From Wickerhamiella versatilis (taxonomy: Eukaryota): a DNA stretch of 64,000 bases. How positions within the stretch are numbered: the stretch's first letter is position 1; the number at the start of each line of letters is the position of its first letter. The stretch lies in NCBI GenBank assembly GCA_030867685.1, contig JAQOWU010000008.1:2790001-2854000 (forward strand). Direction: 5' to 3'. Of this stretch, positions 53,890 to 62,272 are shown one piece after another. Position numbers and translations under genes: made by a program. The notes beneath the pieces were generated by a model. It saw only the letters and a list, made by a program, of their open reading frames with translations. It was not told the DNA's origin and searched no databases.

Positions 53890-54892
53890 GATGTTGTCAG
53901 ATTAGGAAATAAGCTGACCACGACTTTGACACGGTGTGCTGAGTCATACAATCGTCGGAACGGCGTCGCCATGTGGATCGCTCAGTGGCACATAAACTAG
54001 TTATGGAGCTTGGCGTGCGATGATACACAATACAATTTCGACAGTAGCTAATGAATAGTAGTCAAAGGCTTTATCTTTCTTTGGTTTCTACTCTCCAAGG
54101 TTCAACCAAGTTTTTCCATACCGAAAATAAATAGTTTTGAATTTTTGACCAGACGAACTTTTTCGAACTGATAAGTCTTAGTACCCCTCTGGGTAAGCAC
54201 CCGAAAATTTCTGGTTCCGTAGGACACAGGCTATGCGTGCTATATATAGGGTTAGGTGAAGATGCACAATCGTGAATAACCGAGAATTGCCGCAGCTGCC
54301 ACGTAGATGGTAATGACGTATATCATTTTGCAGCAGCCTCACATACAATATGTCGAACAGAAAGTCAACAAAAAAAATTATTAGCGACATATGTACACCC
54401 CCAACTGAAAACTACGAGTAGAATACAATAAGTTGCAATTAAAAGGTATTATTGTTATTTGATAAGTAGCACCATGACACGATGATCAATTAGAAGCATT
54501 TGAAATAGAATTTCGATTTTGGCTACTATTACTTCAGCAAGAAAAAAAAACACAACAAGCCGTCCATCGTTTCCATAAGATTATCACCGCGCCGGTTCTG
54601 CTCGTTTGCCCTGATCACCTAACCCTATCGTAAACCTAGCCTTGCATACACGAGCGCTGCTGGTTGCTCACGATGGCAGCAAGACACCAGCACCAATATC
54701 ATCAAAATGTAAATTTTCACCAATATTTCGGATCTTATTTGATGCAAACGGGCCACATTTTGGGGCTTATATCAGGAATCGGATTTAATTTTGGGCTCTT
54801 GCTACACGACCAGATTATTAAGCGTGAGCGACGAGTATATGCTTAAAAATTGCCTGGCACCCAGGACTAGATTATTTTCAATATCTCGAGCA

Positions 54893-56437
54893 ATGGATCG
54901 TCTATACACGGCTGAAGCAGGTAGCCCCTTGGAGTGGATTACATCACTTGACACTGAATATGAACCAGAAGTGAATCTTCGTAAGTGTTCCATTATCGGT
55001 ACAATTGGGCCTAAGACCAACAAGCCTGAGATTTTGGTTGAGTTGCGTAAGGCTGGGCTGAACATCGCTCGTATGAACTTCAGTCATGGTACTCACGAAT
55101 ACCACAAGTCAGTTATTGATAACTGCCGTAAGTCCGAGGAATTGTATCCAGCACGTCCTTTGGCCATCGCTCTGGACACAAAGGGTCCCGAAATCAGAAC
55201 GGGCAACACCAGGGACGGAAAGGACTGGGATTTCCCAGCTGGCCATGAGTTCATTCTGACCACAGATGACGCTTATGCTGAGATTTCCGACGCTGAGCAC
55301 ATGTATGTGGACTACAAGAACATTACGAAGGTGTTGGATGTAGGCAAGCTTGTCTATGTTGACGATGGTGTGTTGCAGCTGAAGGTTCTCCAGATCATTG
55401 ATGACAAGACTATCTTGGTCAAGGCTTTCAACAACGGCACTGTGTCTTCGAAGAAGGGTGTGAACCTTCCCAAGACTGATGTGGATCTTCCTGCATTGAG
55501 CGAAAAGGATATTGCTGACATCAAGTTTGGTGTTGCGAACCATGTTGATATGATCTTCGCCTCGTTCATCAGAACAGCTGCTGACGTGCGTCACATTCGC
55601 AGTGTTCTCGGTGAGGAAGGAAAAGACATTAAGATCATCGTGAAGATCGAGAACCACCAGGGTGTCCGTAACTTCGACGATATCCTTAAGGAGACTGATG
55701 GTGTCATGGTTGCTCGTGGTGACTTGGGTATTGAGATCCCTCCTCAGCAGGTGTTCTTGGTCCAGAAGCAGTTGATTGCCAAGAGTAACCTCGCAGGAAA
55801 GCCTGTGATTTGCGCCACTCAAATGTTGGATTCGATGATCCGCAACCCTCGTCCCACTCGTGCTGAGGTTTCAGATGTCGGTAACGCGGTATTGGATGGC
55901 GCTGACTGCGTGATGCTTTCGGGCGAAACTGCTAAGGGTAGCTATCCGGAAGAGTCTGTCTCCATTATGCGTGAGATTTGCTTGCTGGCCGAGCAGTCCA
56001 TCTGTTACAACAGCCTTTACAATGACTTGCGTAACTTGGCTCCATCTCCCACCACAACTGTTGAGACCGTTGCCATGGCTGCTGTTGGCGCCGCTTTCGA
56101 GCAGCGTGCAGGTGCAATTGTTGTTCTTTCAACCAGCGGTGGTACTGCCCGCCTCTGCGCCAAGTATCGCCCGGTTTGCCCAATTCTTATGGTCACTCGC
56201 AGCCCAATGGCTTCGCGTTATTGCCATCTTTACCGTGGTGTGTACCCCTTCGTGTACGAGAAGGAGCGTGCCTCCTCTGCTGAGGCCTGGCAGCTTGATG
56301 TTGAGGAGCGCATCCACTGGGGTATCGAGGAGGCTATCAAGCTGAACATCCTTAAGAAGGGCTCACCTATTGTTACTATCCAGGGTTGGAAGACTGGCGG
56401 TGGCCACTCCAACACTTTGCGCATCGTCTACGCTTAG
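54893..56437 (+). CDS. CDC19: Pyruvate kinase (upstream in-frame ATG at 54839)
   Basis: [59 protein letters not shown]; strong codon bias. Confidence 0.97.
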   Translation: MDRLYTAEAGSPLEWITSLDTEYEPEVNLRKCSIIGTIGPKTNKPEILVELRKAGLNIARMNFSHGTHEYHKSVIDNCRKSEELYPARPLAIALDTKGPEIRTGNTRDGKDWDFPAGHEFILTTDDAYAEISDAEHMYVDYKNITKVLDVGKLVYVDDGVLQLKVLQIIDDKTILVKAFNNGTVSSKKGVNLPKTDVDLPALSEKDIADIKFGVANHVDMIFASFIRTAADVRHIRSVLGEEGKDIKIIVKIENHQGVRNFDDILKETDGVMVARGDLGIEIPPQQVFLVQKQLIAKSNLAGKPVICATQMLDSMIRNPRPTRAEVSDVGNAVLDGADCVMLSGETAKGSYPEESVSIMREICLLAEQSICYNSLYNDLRNLAPSPTTTVETVAMAAVGAAFEQRAGAIVVLSTSGGTARLCAKYRPVCPILMVTRSPMASRYCHLYRGVYPFVYEKERASSAEAWQLDVEERIHWGIEEAIKLNILKKGSPIVTIQGWKTGGGHSNTLRIVYA

Positions 56438-56608
56438 GTTACATTTACTCCCCAACTGATAAGCGAAAATATTAGTTTTAAATATATAACCCGATTTCTT
56501 AAAAATGATGCTTATTATAATTATCCGTGAAAATTTTATTCATTGTCGTTATCTTATCTTGTGTTATCATAACATTTTGTTCTCGCCAAGTAGGACGGTT
56601 CATCATCA

Positions 56609-59032
56609 TCAGAAGTTCTCATGGAATTTTAATTTTTCAGATACTTGATTGCGAAGAATTTCTGTCAGTTTTAACCACGCAGAGCTATGCGAAGGGGCGA
56701 TTTCTCCCATCCAATCAACTATTTCGATAGCCTTAAGCCAATTCCAGTCTTGGGAGAACACATCATCAATGTAATCCTTGAGACGGATCACATCTTCAAG
56801 ACAAGGTCCAGAGGGAAATTGCCGGACCCATTTATGGAGTAGGTGTCTGATATCATCGATATCCTTTATTCCAGCCAACCCCACAGGCTCATATTCAGCA
56901 GTCTGTAGCGGGGGAGATGACGCCTCGACAGAGAATTGTGCCGCACCACTATCAACAATTTCCCTTTGAATTGTCGCTGGTAGTTCATCGAACACCGCAC
57001 GATCAACCACCATGGTTGACTGAGGAGGCGGGTCTAGCATTTGAGTGAGCGTTGCTCCACCACGTTTAGAAGTTCTCCGTCGTGGCTGCAACTGAACGAA
57101 GTCCTTTTCACGAATTGGCGTAGTGGGTGGTGTACTTTTGGGTAAACTTGTAAACACAGATGGAGCTGTGTGCTGCTGGCACACCTTAACGTGCAACCCC
57201 ACTCCTCTGAGCTCGAGCGGTGGGCACATAATAGGATCAATGGTAGAATGTACAATCCTACGCAGATAGGGAAGATCCCATTGATTCTGCAACTTATTAC
57301 TTTTCGTGGATATGTCACATAACCCGTGTCCCATATATTTTGGTGGTAGGAAGCCCACTCCGGGGGCACGCTGGTAAACCTTTACTGTCAATACATCAGG
57401 GGTAAGCTTAGCCTCGAAAAGGCGCTCTGCCAACTCTGTGACAACCGAATCTACAAATTTTTCTGCCTCATCACTATTAATTACCCGCACGCCCCAGCCA
57501 ATCTCGACACCAATGGTCTTTGGCGGTTTGTCGAGAGGTACCAAATCATCACTATCGCGTCCCTGTGCGGCGTGGAATAACTTTAATCCTTGAACACGGC
57601 CAAAATGGGATTGAAGCGCTGCCATCCCCCATTTTTCCAACTCTGAAATCTTGATGATTCCCAAAGCGCCAAGTTTTTCTGCCGTACTATAACCGACCCC
57701 AGGCAAGTCTCGCACAGACAGCTCAGATAGAATATTTCGATCTCTTATGAGCTTGATCCCTGCAGGCTTTGCAAGCTTCAAAGCTATTCGAGCAAGAAGA
57801 AGATTTGAACCAGCACCTATACTGACATCTATACCGCTCTGATTTCGTACAGCCACACAAATCTGCTCCATTAGCCGCATGACATCCTCATCGTTTCTAC
57901 AGATTGATGATACATCGACTAATGCCTCATCCACTGATATCGCCAGAATATAGTCTGCACCAAGCGATGTCAACACACTGTACAAGGCATCTGAGCAACG
58001 TTCATAGGCATCAAAGTCATAGGGAAGACAGATAATTTTCGGGCAAAGCTTTCGTGCATGTTTAACCCACATACCGTTGTGAACACCTAAAGCGCGTGCT
58101 ACGTAGTTGGCACTTGCAATATCTGATGAGTTTCCACCCCAACTAACACAGACAGGCTGATTTTGTAGATCAGGACGCTTCTGGAGAGCTACAGAGACAA
58201 AAAAAGAGTCAAAATCAACATGTAGAAGCATACGCTCGCCCTCAGGCATTCTTCGTGTCGGCAGCTCGCGACAACGAGCTCTAAGAATTTGCTTCCGAAT
58301 ACTCAAAAAATGCAAACGTGATCGTGCATAGTACGACGAAATAAAATCCTCTGAGAGGCAATTCACCCGCTGGCGCTCTCCAAGAATCCATTGAACTTGA
58401 GCTTCGGGGCATGTATCGATATTACCAGGAATAAGCTTCACAGGGTCCTCTGGTACAACATTATAATCCACAATTCCTATGTCTTGGCCTCCATCATCTT
58501 CAATTTCTTCGACGAGTTCATCTTCTATGCTGTTTTCCTGTTCAAACATATCATTGCCGGTTAATGACTTTTCAGGTTCCTCCTTATACATTTGATCCCA
58601 AAAGTTATTTTCGGCAAAGGTACGAAATCGACGCCAGTCTAACTGACGACCAGCTTTTGCGGACTCTGTTATCCACGCTGGCTTGACAACTTTGTATTTG
58701 GCATATTGTTCGATCTTACGGCTCGTCAACGATTGTGCAACTATATGTGTCGCATAGCTTTTACCTGCGAGAAATGCACATACCTTCCCACCATGCATAG
58801 AAATAAGACGCTGAAGCTCATTATTTGAAGGAACAGTGTATCCAGTGATGTAGATCACGCACCCCTTAAAGGCATCTGAAACCTTTGTGGAATCAACTTG
58901 GCGTTGTGTATCAAGTTTTAACTGCTTGTTCGAGAAATATTCTGAGAAACCTGTTACTGCTTTGTATTCTGAATTAATTGATTCGTCTCCTTCGACCGTA
59001 TGGTCCCTTATGCGCTTTGCCGAAGGGTGCAT
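56609..59032 (-). CDS. REV1: Y-family translesion polymerase / deoxycytidyl transferase Rev1
   Basis: N-terminal BRCT (YITGYTVP, VVKPAWITES), SRLHFLS, HVDFDSFFVS, ISVDEA, LPGVG, KYMGHGLCD, UBM-like ELPATIQREI. Confidence 0.94.
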   Translation of the reverse strand: MHPSAKRIRDHTVEGDESINSEYKAVTGFSEYFSNKQLKLDTQRQVDSTKVSDAFKGCVIYITGYTVPSNNELQRLISMHGGKVCAFLAGKSYATHIVAQSLTSRKIEQYAKYKVVKPAWITESAKAGRQLDWRRFRTFAENNFWDQMYKEEPEKSLTGNDMFEQENSIEDELVEEIEDDGGQDIGIVDYNVVPEDPVKLIPGNIDTCPEAQVQWILGERQRVNCLSEDFISSYYARSRLHFLSIRKQILRARCRELPTRRMPEGERMLLHVDFDSFFVSVALQKRPDLQNQPVCVSWGGNSSDIASANYVARALGVHNGMWVKHARKLCPKIICLPYDFDAYERCSDALYSVLTSLGADYILAISVDEALVDVSSICRNDEDVMRLMEQICVAVRNQSGIDVSIGAGSNLLLARIALKLAKPAGIKLIRDRNILSELSVRDLPGVGYSTAEKLGALGIIKISELEKWGMAALQSHFGRVQGLKLFHAAQGRDSDDLVPLDKPPKTIGVEIGWGVRVINSDEAEKFVDSVVTELAERLFEAKLTPDVLTVKVYQRAPGVGFLPPKYMGHGLCDISTKSNKLQNQWDLPYLRRIVHSTIDPIMCPPLELRGVGLHVKVCQQHTAPSVFTSLPKSTPPTTPIREKDFVQLQPRRRTSKRGGATLTQMLDPPPQSTMVVDRAVFDELPATIQREIVDSGAAQFSVEASSPPLQTAEYEPVGLAGIKDIDDIRHLLHKWVRQFPSGPCLEDVIRLKDYIDDVFSQDWNWLKAIEIVDWMGEIAPSHSSAWLKLTEILRNQVSEKLKFHENF

Positions 59033-59264
59033 TCCATTGCCTATTTTCCAAATTATGTAATGGACATATGGCTAGAGCATTCAGGTAGTCAGTTTGCAAT
59101 GTATCACGCAATAAGATGTTTAAAATAAATTTGTAAAGATTCGTGTCGCCAATGGTGTATTTTTTCGAGCGGGCAGGAACTTCGAGCCTACCTTCGATAC
59201 GAGTTCTATCTTTAGGTGCTTACATAGCTAACACTACTAAACACACTCGATCTAGTTGCCTTTG

Positions 59265-60443
59265 ATGGTAGCTCAGCGGCGAAAAAACAAAGGTGCAGTT
59301 TTTGGAATGCTGCCTAGCTTTGTTACGGCAGATAACGGCCCAGATGGCACGGTAAGTAGGCCGAGAAGGAAGCTTAGTAGCGAAGCCTTACGCGAAATAA
59401 TTATGGTCGTTGTTGGGCTAGCAGTCATTGCATTCCTCTTCCTAAGTGGTAGCAGCGATGGCGGTGGCTCACAGTGGTCTCCTGGCTCTACAAAGGTTGC
59501 TGGACGGCCTGTAGTCAATACCCCAGATATTTACATTGTCCCACCTCATCTTAACCTGGCCAGTAAGGAGGGAGGTGTTAAAAAGGCACCATCAGATAAA
59601 CAGATGGGTATGGAGCCAGAAGTTGCCAAAGGAAATGGTCCTGTTCCTTGGTATCGATTTATCGGCGACAAAAGCCCACGGGTTGTTGTTGTAACGATTA
59701 TAGATGATGTGAAGTATCCAAGAGAATATTGGGAAAAAATTGTAGAAAACCGGCTCAGTTATGCAAAGCTACATGGCTACGGTGTCATCGTAAGACTGAC
59801 TTCCGACTACGCCAAGTTCATCGACAGCACGTCACATCAAACCGCAGGGTGGGCCCGTATAGCTGTTGCCCGGGAAGCCATGGAATCTTTCCCCAAAGCT
59901 AAAACTTTCTGGTTCATTGACCAAAATGCGCTCATAATGAACCCACAGGTTGACATTGTCGAAGACTTTGTAAAACCGGAAAACCTGGAGTCGAAGATGC
60001 TTCGGAATGTCCCTGTGCAACGCGATTCAGGGATCATTCGCACCTACGTGAATAATAGGGCGTCTGATGTCTCACTCATTTTTAGTCGCGATGAATCCAA
60101 AATGTCAACCAACTCGTTCGTCTATAAGAATTCGTTGCAGACGAAGGCTTTTTTCGAAACAGTTATGGACCCCCTATTCCGGGGCTACCGAAATTTCTGG
60201 AACGAAGCCGATGCGATCAATCATGTCATGCAATGGCACACATATTTCTTAATGCATGCTGCTATTGTGAACCCTAAATTATTGGCCTCCTATGCGACGC
60301 CGGCGGAAGGTCAATATCATGATGAATTACAGTACACTGATGGAGATTTTACGGTCATGGTGAAGTGTGATTATGCCACAGAGGCGTGCAAGAAAGAATT
60401 TATGCGATATTGGAATGGCCGTGGTGGTAGAAAAGGTGCATGA
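59265..60443 (+). CDS. MNN11: GT34 alpha-1,6-mannosyltransferase Mnn11
   Basis: Type II TM anchor, ENRLSYAKLHGY, GWARI..REAMESFP...FWFIDQNALIMN, HVMQWH, YTDGDF; start uncertain. Confidence 0.78.
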   Translation: MVAQRRKNKGAVFGMLPSFVTADNGPDGTVSRPRRKLSSEALREIIMVVVGLAVIAFLFLSGSSDGGGSQWSPGSTKVAGRPVVNTPDIYIVPPHLNLASKEGGVKKAPSDKQMGMEPEVAKGNGPVPWYRFIGDKSPRVVVVTIIDDVKYPREYWEKIVENRLSYAKLHGYGVIVRLTSDYAKFIDSTSHQTAGWARIAVAREAMESFPKAKTFWFIDQNALIMNPQVDIVEDFVKPENLESKMLRNVPVQRDSGIIRTYVNNRASDVSLIFSRDESKMSTNSFVYKNSLQTKAFFETVMDPLFRGYRNFWNEADAINHVMQWHTYFLMHAAIVNPKLLASYATPAEGQYHDELQYTDGDFTVMVKCDYATEACKKEFMRYWNGRGGRKGA

Positions 60444-60636
60444 GTTCTACTTTATTTGTATTGGGGGTAGCCCATTATTTTGCAGTGCTTTCAGATGGTC
60501 CTGCCTTAGTACAATTAAATGATGTTTTTGTTCCCTTGTAATACTGAAATAAATAAAGTATCAGACTAGTTTCTAAACTGAAGACATAGATTGTGGCTAA
60601 GCATCTGTCGTACAACTATGAGAGCGAACGGTTTCG

Positions 60637-60643
60637 TGACTCA
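60637..60643. promoter_or_regulatory. Gcn4/AP-1-type site TGACTCA upstream of the MFS gene
   Basis: Exact TGACTCA about 35 nt before ATG 60679. Confidence 0.3.
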
Positions 60644-60678
60644 TCATTGATTCACAATTATAGTTAAATCGCTTTTGA

Positions 60679-61965
60679 ATGGGGGAAAAATCTGGCATAA
60701 TTTTGAAACTTCTGCCTCATTCTGCGGATAATGAATCTGTCGAGGTATCTGATGAGCCTATCGATGTGGAGCACATTCCTGATGGTGGATGGCAGGCTTG
60801 TCTTGTAGCATTTGGATCATTTACTGCTATTGTGGCGACCTTTGGTGTATCTGCAGCGGTTGGTACGATTCAGCAGTATGTTGCTTCTCATCAGCTTTCT
60901 GATTACTCGACTTCTTCAGTCGGTTGGATATTTAGTGTCCAGCTTTTTCTTTTCTACTTTGTAGGAATCCAAGTGGGTCCAATATTTGACACTTATGGGC
61001 TTCCTCCCCTCCTTTTTCCTGGCTGCATTTGCTGGTGCCTTGCTATTATGTTTTTGAGCGAGAGTCATGAGTATTACCAGTTTATGTTAAGTTACGGTAT
61101 ATTTGGAGGTCTTGCTTCTTCCACGATATTCAATCCTTCTGTCACAGTGATATCGCACTGGTTTTTGCGTCGTCGTAGCCGGGCAATAAGTTTTGCTGCA
61201 TCTGGATCGGCAATTGGGGGGCTCTTTATGCCGAAAATGGTGTCTAGATTAATCCCTCAAGTGGGATACGCGTGGGCTGTCAGGATTCTGGGTTTCATTG
61301 TGCTATTTCTTCTGCTAATCACTTGCCTTTTAATGCGCTCGCGTCATCGTAGAAGAACTCATATTGACTGGCGCGAGTCGATGATAGACATAAGCGCACT
61401 CAAGGAGAAAGAGTTTGTGGCATGTGTAATAGGTCTATTTTTCGTTGAATGGGGAATTTTCATTCCTCAGATTTATATTCCTACTTACGCAGTAAGCCAA
61501 AATTGGAGTCCAGACAATTATTTACTGATGTACATGAACGCTTCAAGCTTTGTTAGTAGACTGCTTGTAGGGTGGCTTGCCGACAAATTCGGCACCTTCA
61601 ACCTCATGATATTCAATGCTCTTGGTGCTGGAATAGTCTGCTTTGCTCTCTGGCTGCCAGCGGGACCCCATCACAATGGATTGATAGCCTTTGTGGTGGT
61701 TTTCGGTTGGTTTTCAGGGGCTGTCATTGCTATGACATTAACGGTAATTCCTGCACTCGCGCAGCCCAAAAATGCTGGGCGACGCTATGGAACTGCTTAT
61801 ATGATTGCCAGTTTTGCCGTTCTCACAGGGTCTCCCATTGCAGGGGCTCTAACGGACCATAACTATTTGGGATTAATCCTATTTACAGGGTGCGTTTACA
61901 TTGCGGGCTCTTTATGCTTCGCTATCTCAAGGTGGTGGGCTGCTCCAAATCGGTGGGTATATTAA
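60679..61965 (+). CDS. MFS transporter, monocarboxylate-porter (MCH4/MCH5-like) family; candidate thiamine or thiamine-precursor transporter
   Basis: PDGGWQA motif, GWIFS, GPIFDTYG, ISHWFLRRR, GWLADKFG, LTGSPIAGAL; about 12 hydrophobic segments; TPP aptamers in its 3' UTR. Confidence 0.9.
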   Translation: MGEKSGIILKLLPHSADNESVEVSDEPIDVEHIPDGGWQACLVAFGSFTAIVATFGVSAAVGTIQQYVASHQLSDYSTSSVGWIFSVQLFLFYFVGIQVGPIFDTYGLPPLLFPGCICWCLAIMFLSESHEYYQFMLSYGIFGGLASSTIFNPSVTVISHWFLRRRSRAISFAASGSAIGGLFMPKMVSRLIPQVGYAWAVRILGFIVLFLLLITCLLMRSRHRRRTHIDWRESMIDISALKEKEFVACVIGLFFVEWGIFIPQIYIPTYAVSQNWSPDNYLLMYMNASSFVSRLLVGWLADKFGTFNLMIFNALGAGIVCFALWLPAGPHHNGLIAFVVVFGWFSGAVIAMTLTVIPALAQPKNAGRRYGTAYMIASFAVLTGSPIAGALTDHNYLGLILFTGCVYIAGSLCFAISRWWAAPNRWVY

Positions 61966-61969
61966 ACAA

Positions 61970-61985
61970 TACTAACTTACAACAG
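61970..61985 (+). promoter_or_regulatory. Spliceosomal branch point and 3' splice acceptor just after the MFS stop codon
   Basis: Perfect TACTAAC (61970-61976) followed by ttacaaCAG (AG at 61984-61985). Confidence 0.6.
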
Positions 61986-61997
61986 GTAAAAAAGAAT

Positions 61998-62083
61998 TGC
62001 CGCGGCGGGTGCCCCTTTGTTACTGGGCTGAGATTACACCGTTTGCACTCGATCAAGTTCGTACTTGCGAGAGGATTGTGGCA
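61998..62083 (+). promoter_or_regulatory. TPP riboswitch aptamer 1
   Basis: P1 ugccgcg/uguggca, P2 gcgg/ccgu, P3 gccc/gggc, invariant CUGAGA, P4-P5 CUC-GAU-CAAG-UUCGUA-CUUG-CG-A-GAG matching the TPP consensus. Confidence 0.92.
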
Positions 62084-62102
62084 CTATAGATCTTGTTTAA
62101 GA

Positions 62103-62183
62103 AGTCGCGACGGGTGCCTTTTTAAAGGCTGAGATCAAACCGTTAACACTCGATCAAGTTCGTACTTGCGTGAGAATGTGACT
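62103..62183 (+). promoter_or_regulatory. TPP riboswitch aptamer 2 (tandem copy)
   Basis: P1 agucgcg/ugugacu, P2 acgg/ccgu, P3 gccuu/aaggc, CUGAGA, same P4-P5 core; compensatory changes relative to aptamer 1. Confidence 0.92.
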
Positions 62184-62272
62184 CTATAAATCTTTTTTAT
62201 CAAATATGGCTCTTTTAGGAAATTTAGCCAGTCATTTGGAGCTTAAATTAGTCTATGTAGATGCTCCAGATG

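Noticed and set aside
61890-62132. 80-aa ORF spanning the aptamer region
   Set aside because: Non-ATG start, overlaps the MFS stop, sequence constrained by RNA structure; relevant only as a possible frame after cryptic splicing
62027-62190. Direct repeat that could be read as a CRISPR-like array or LTR remnant
   Set aside because: Only two copies, eukaryotic context, and fully explained as tandem TPP aptamers with covarying stems
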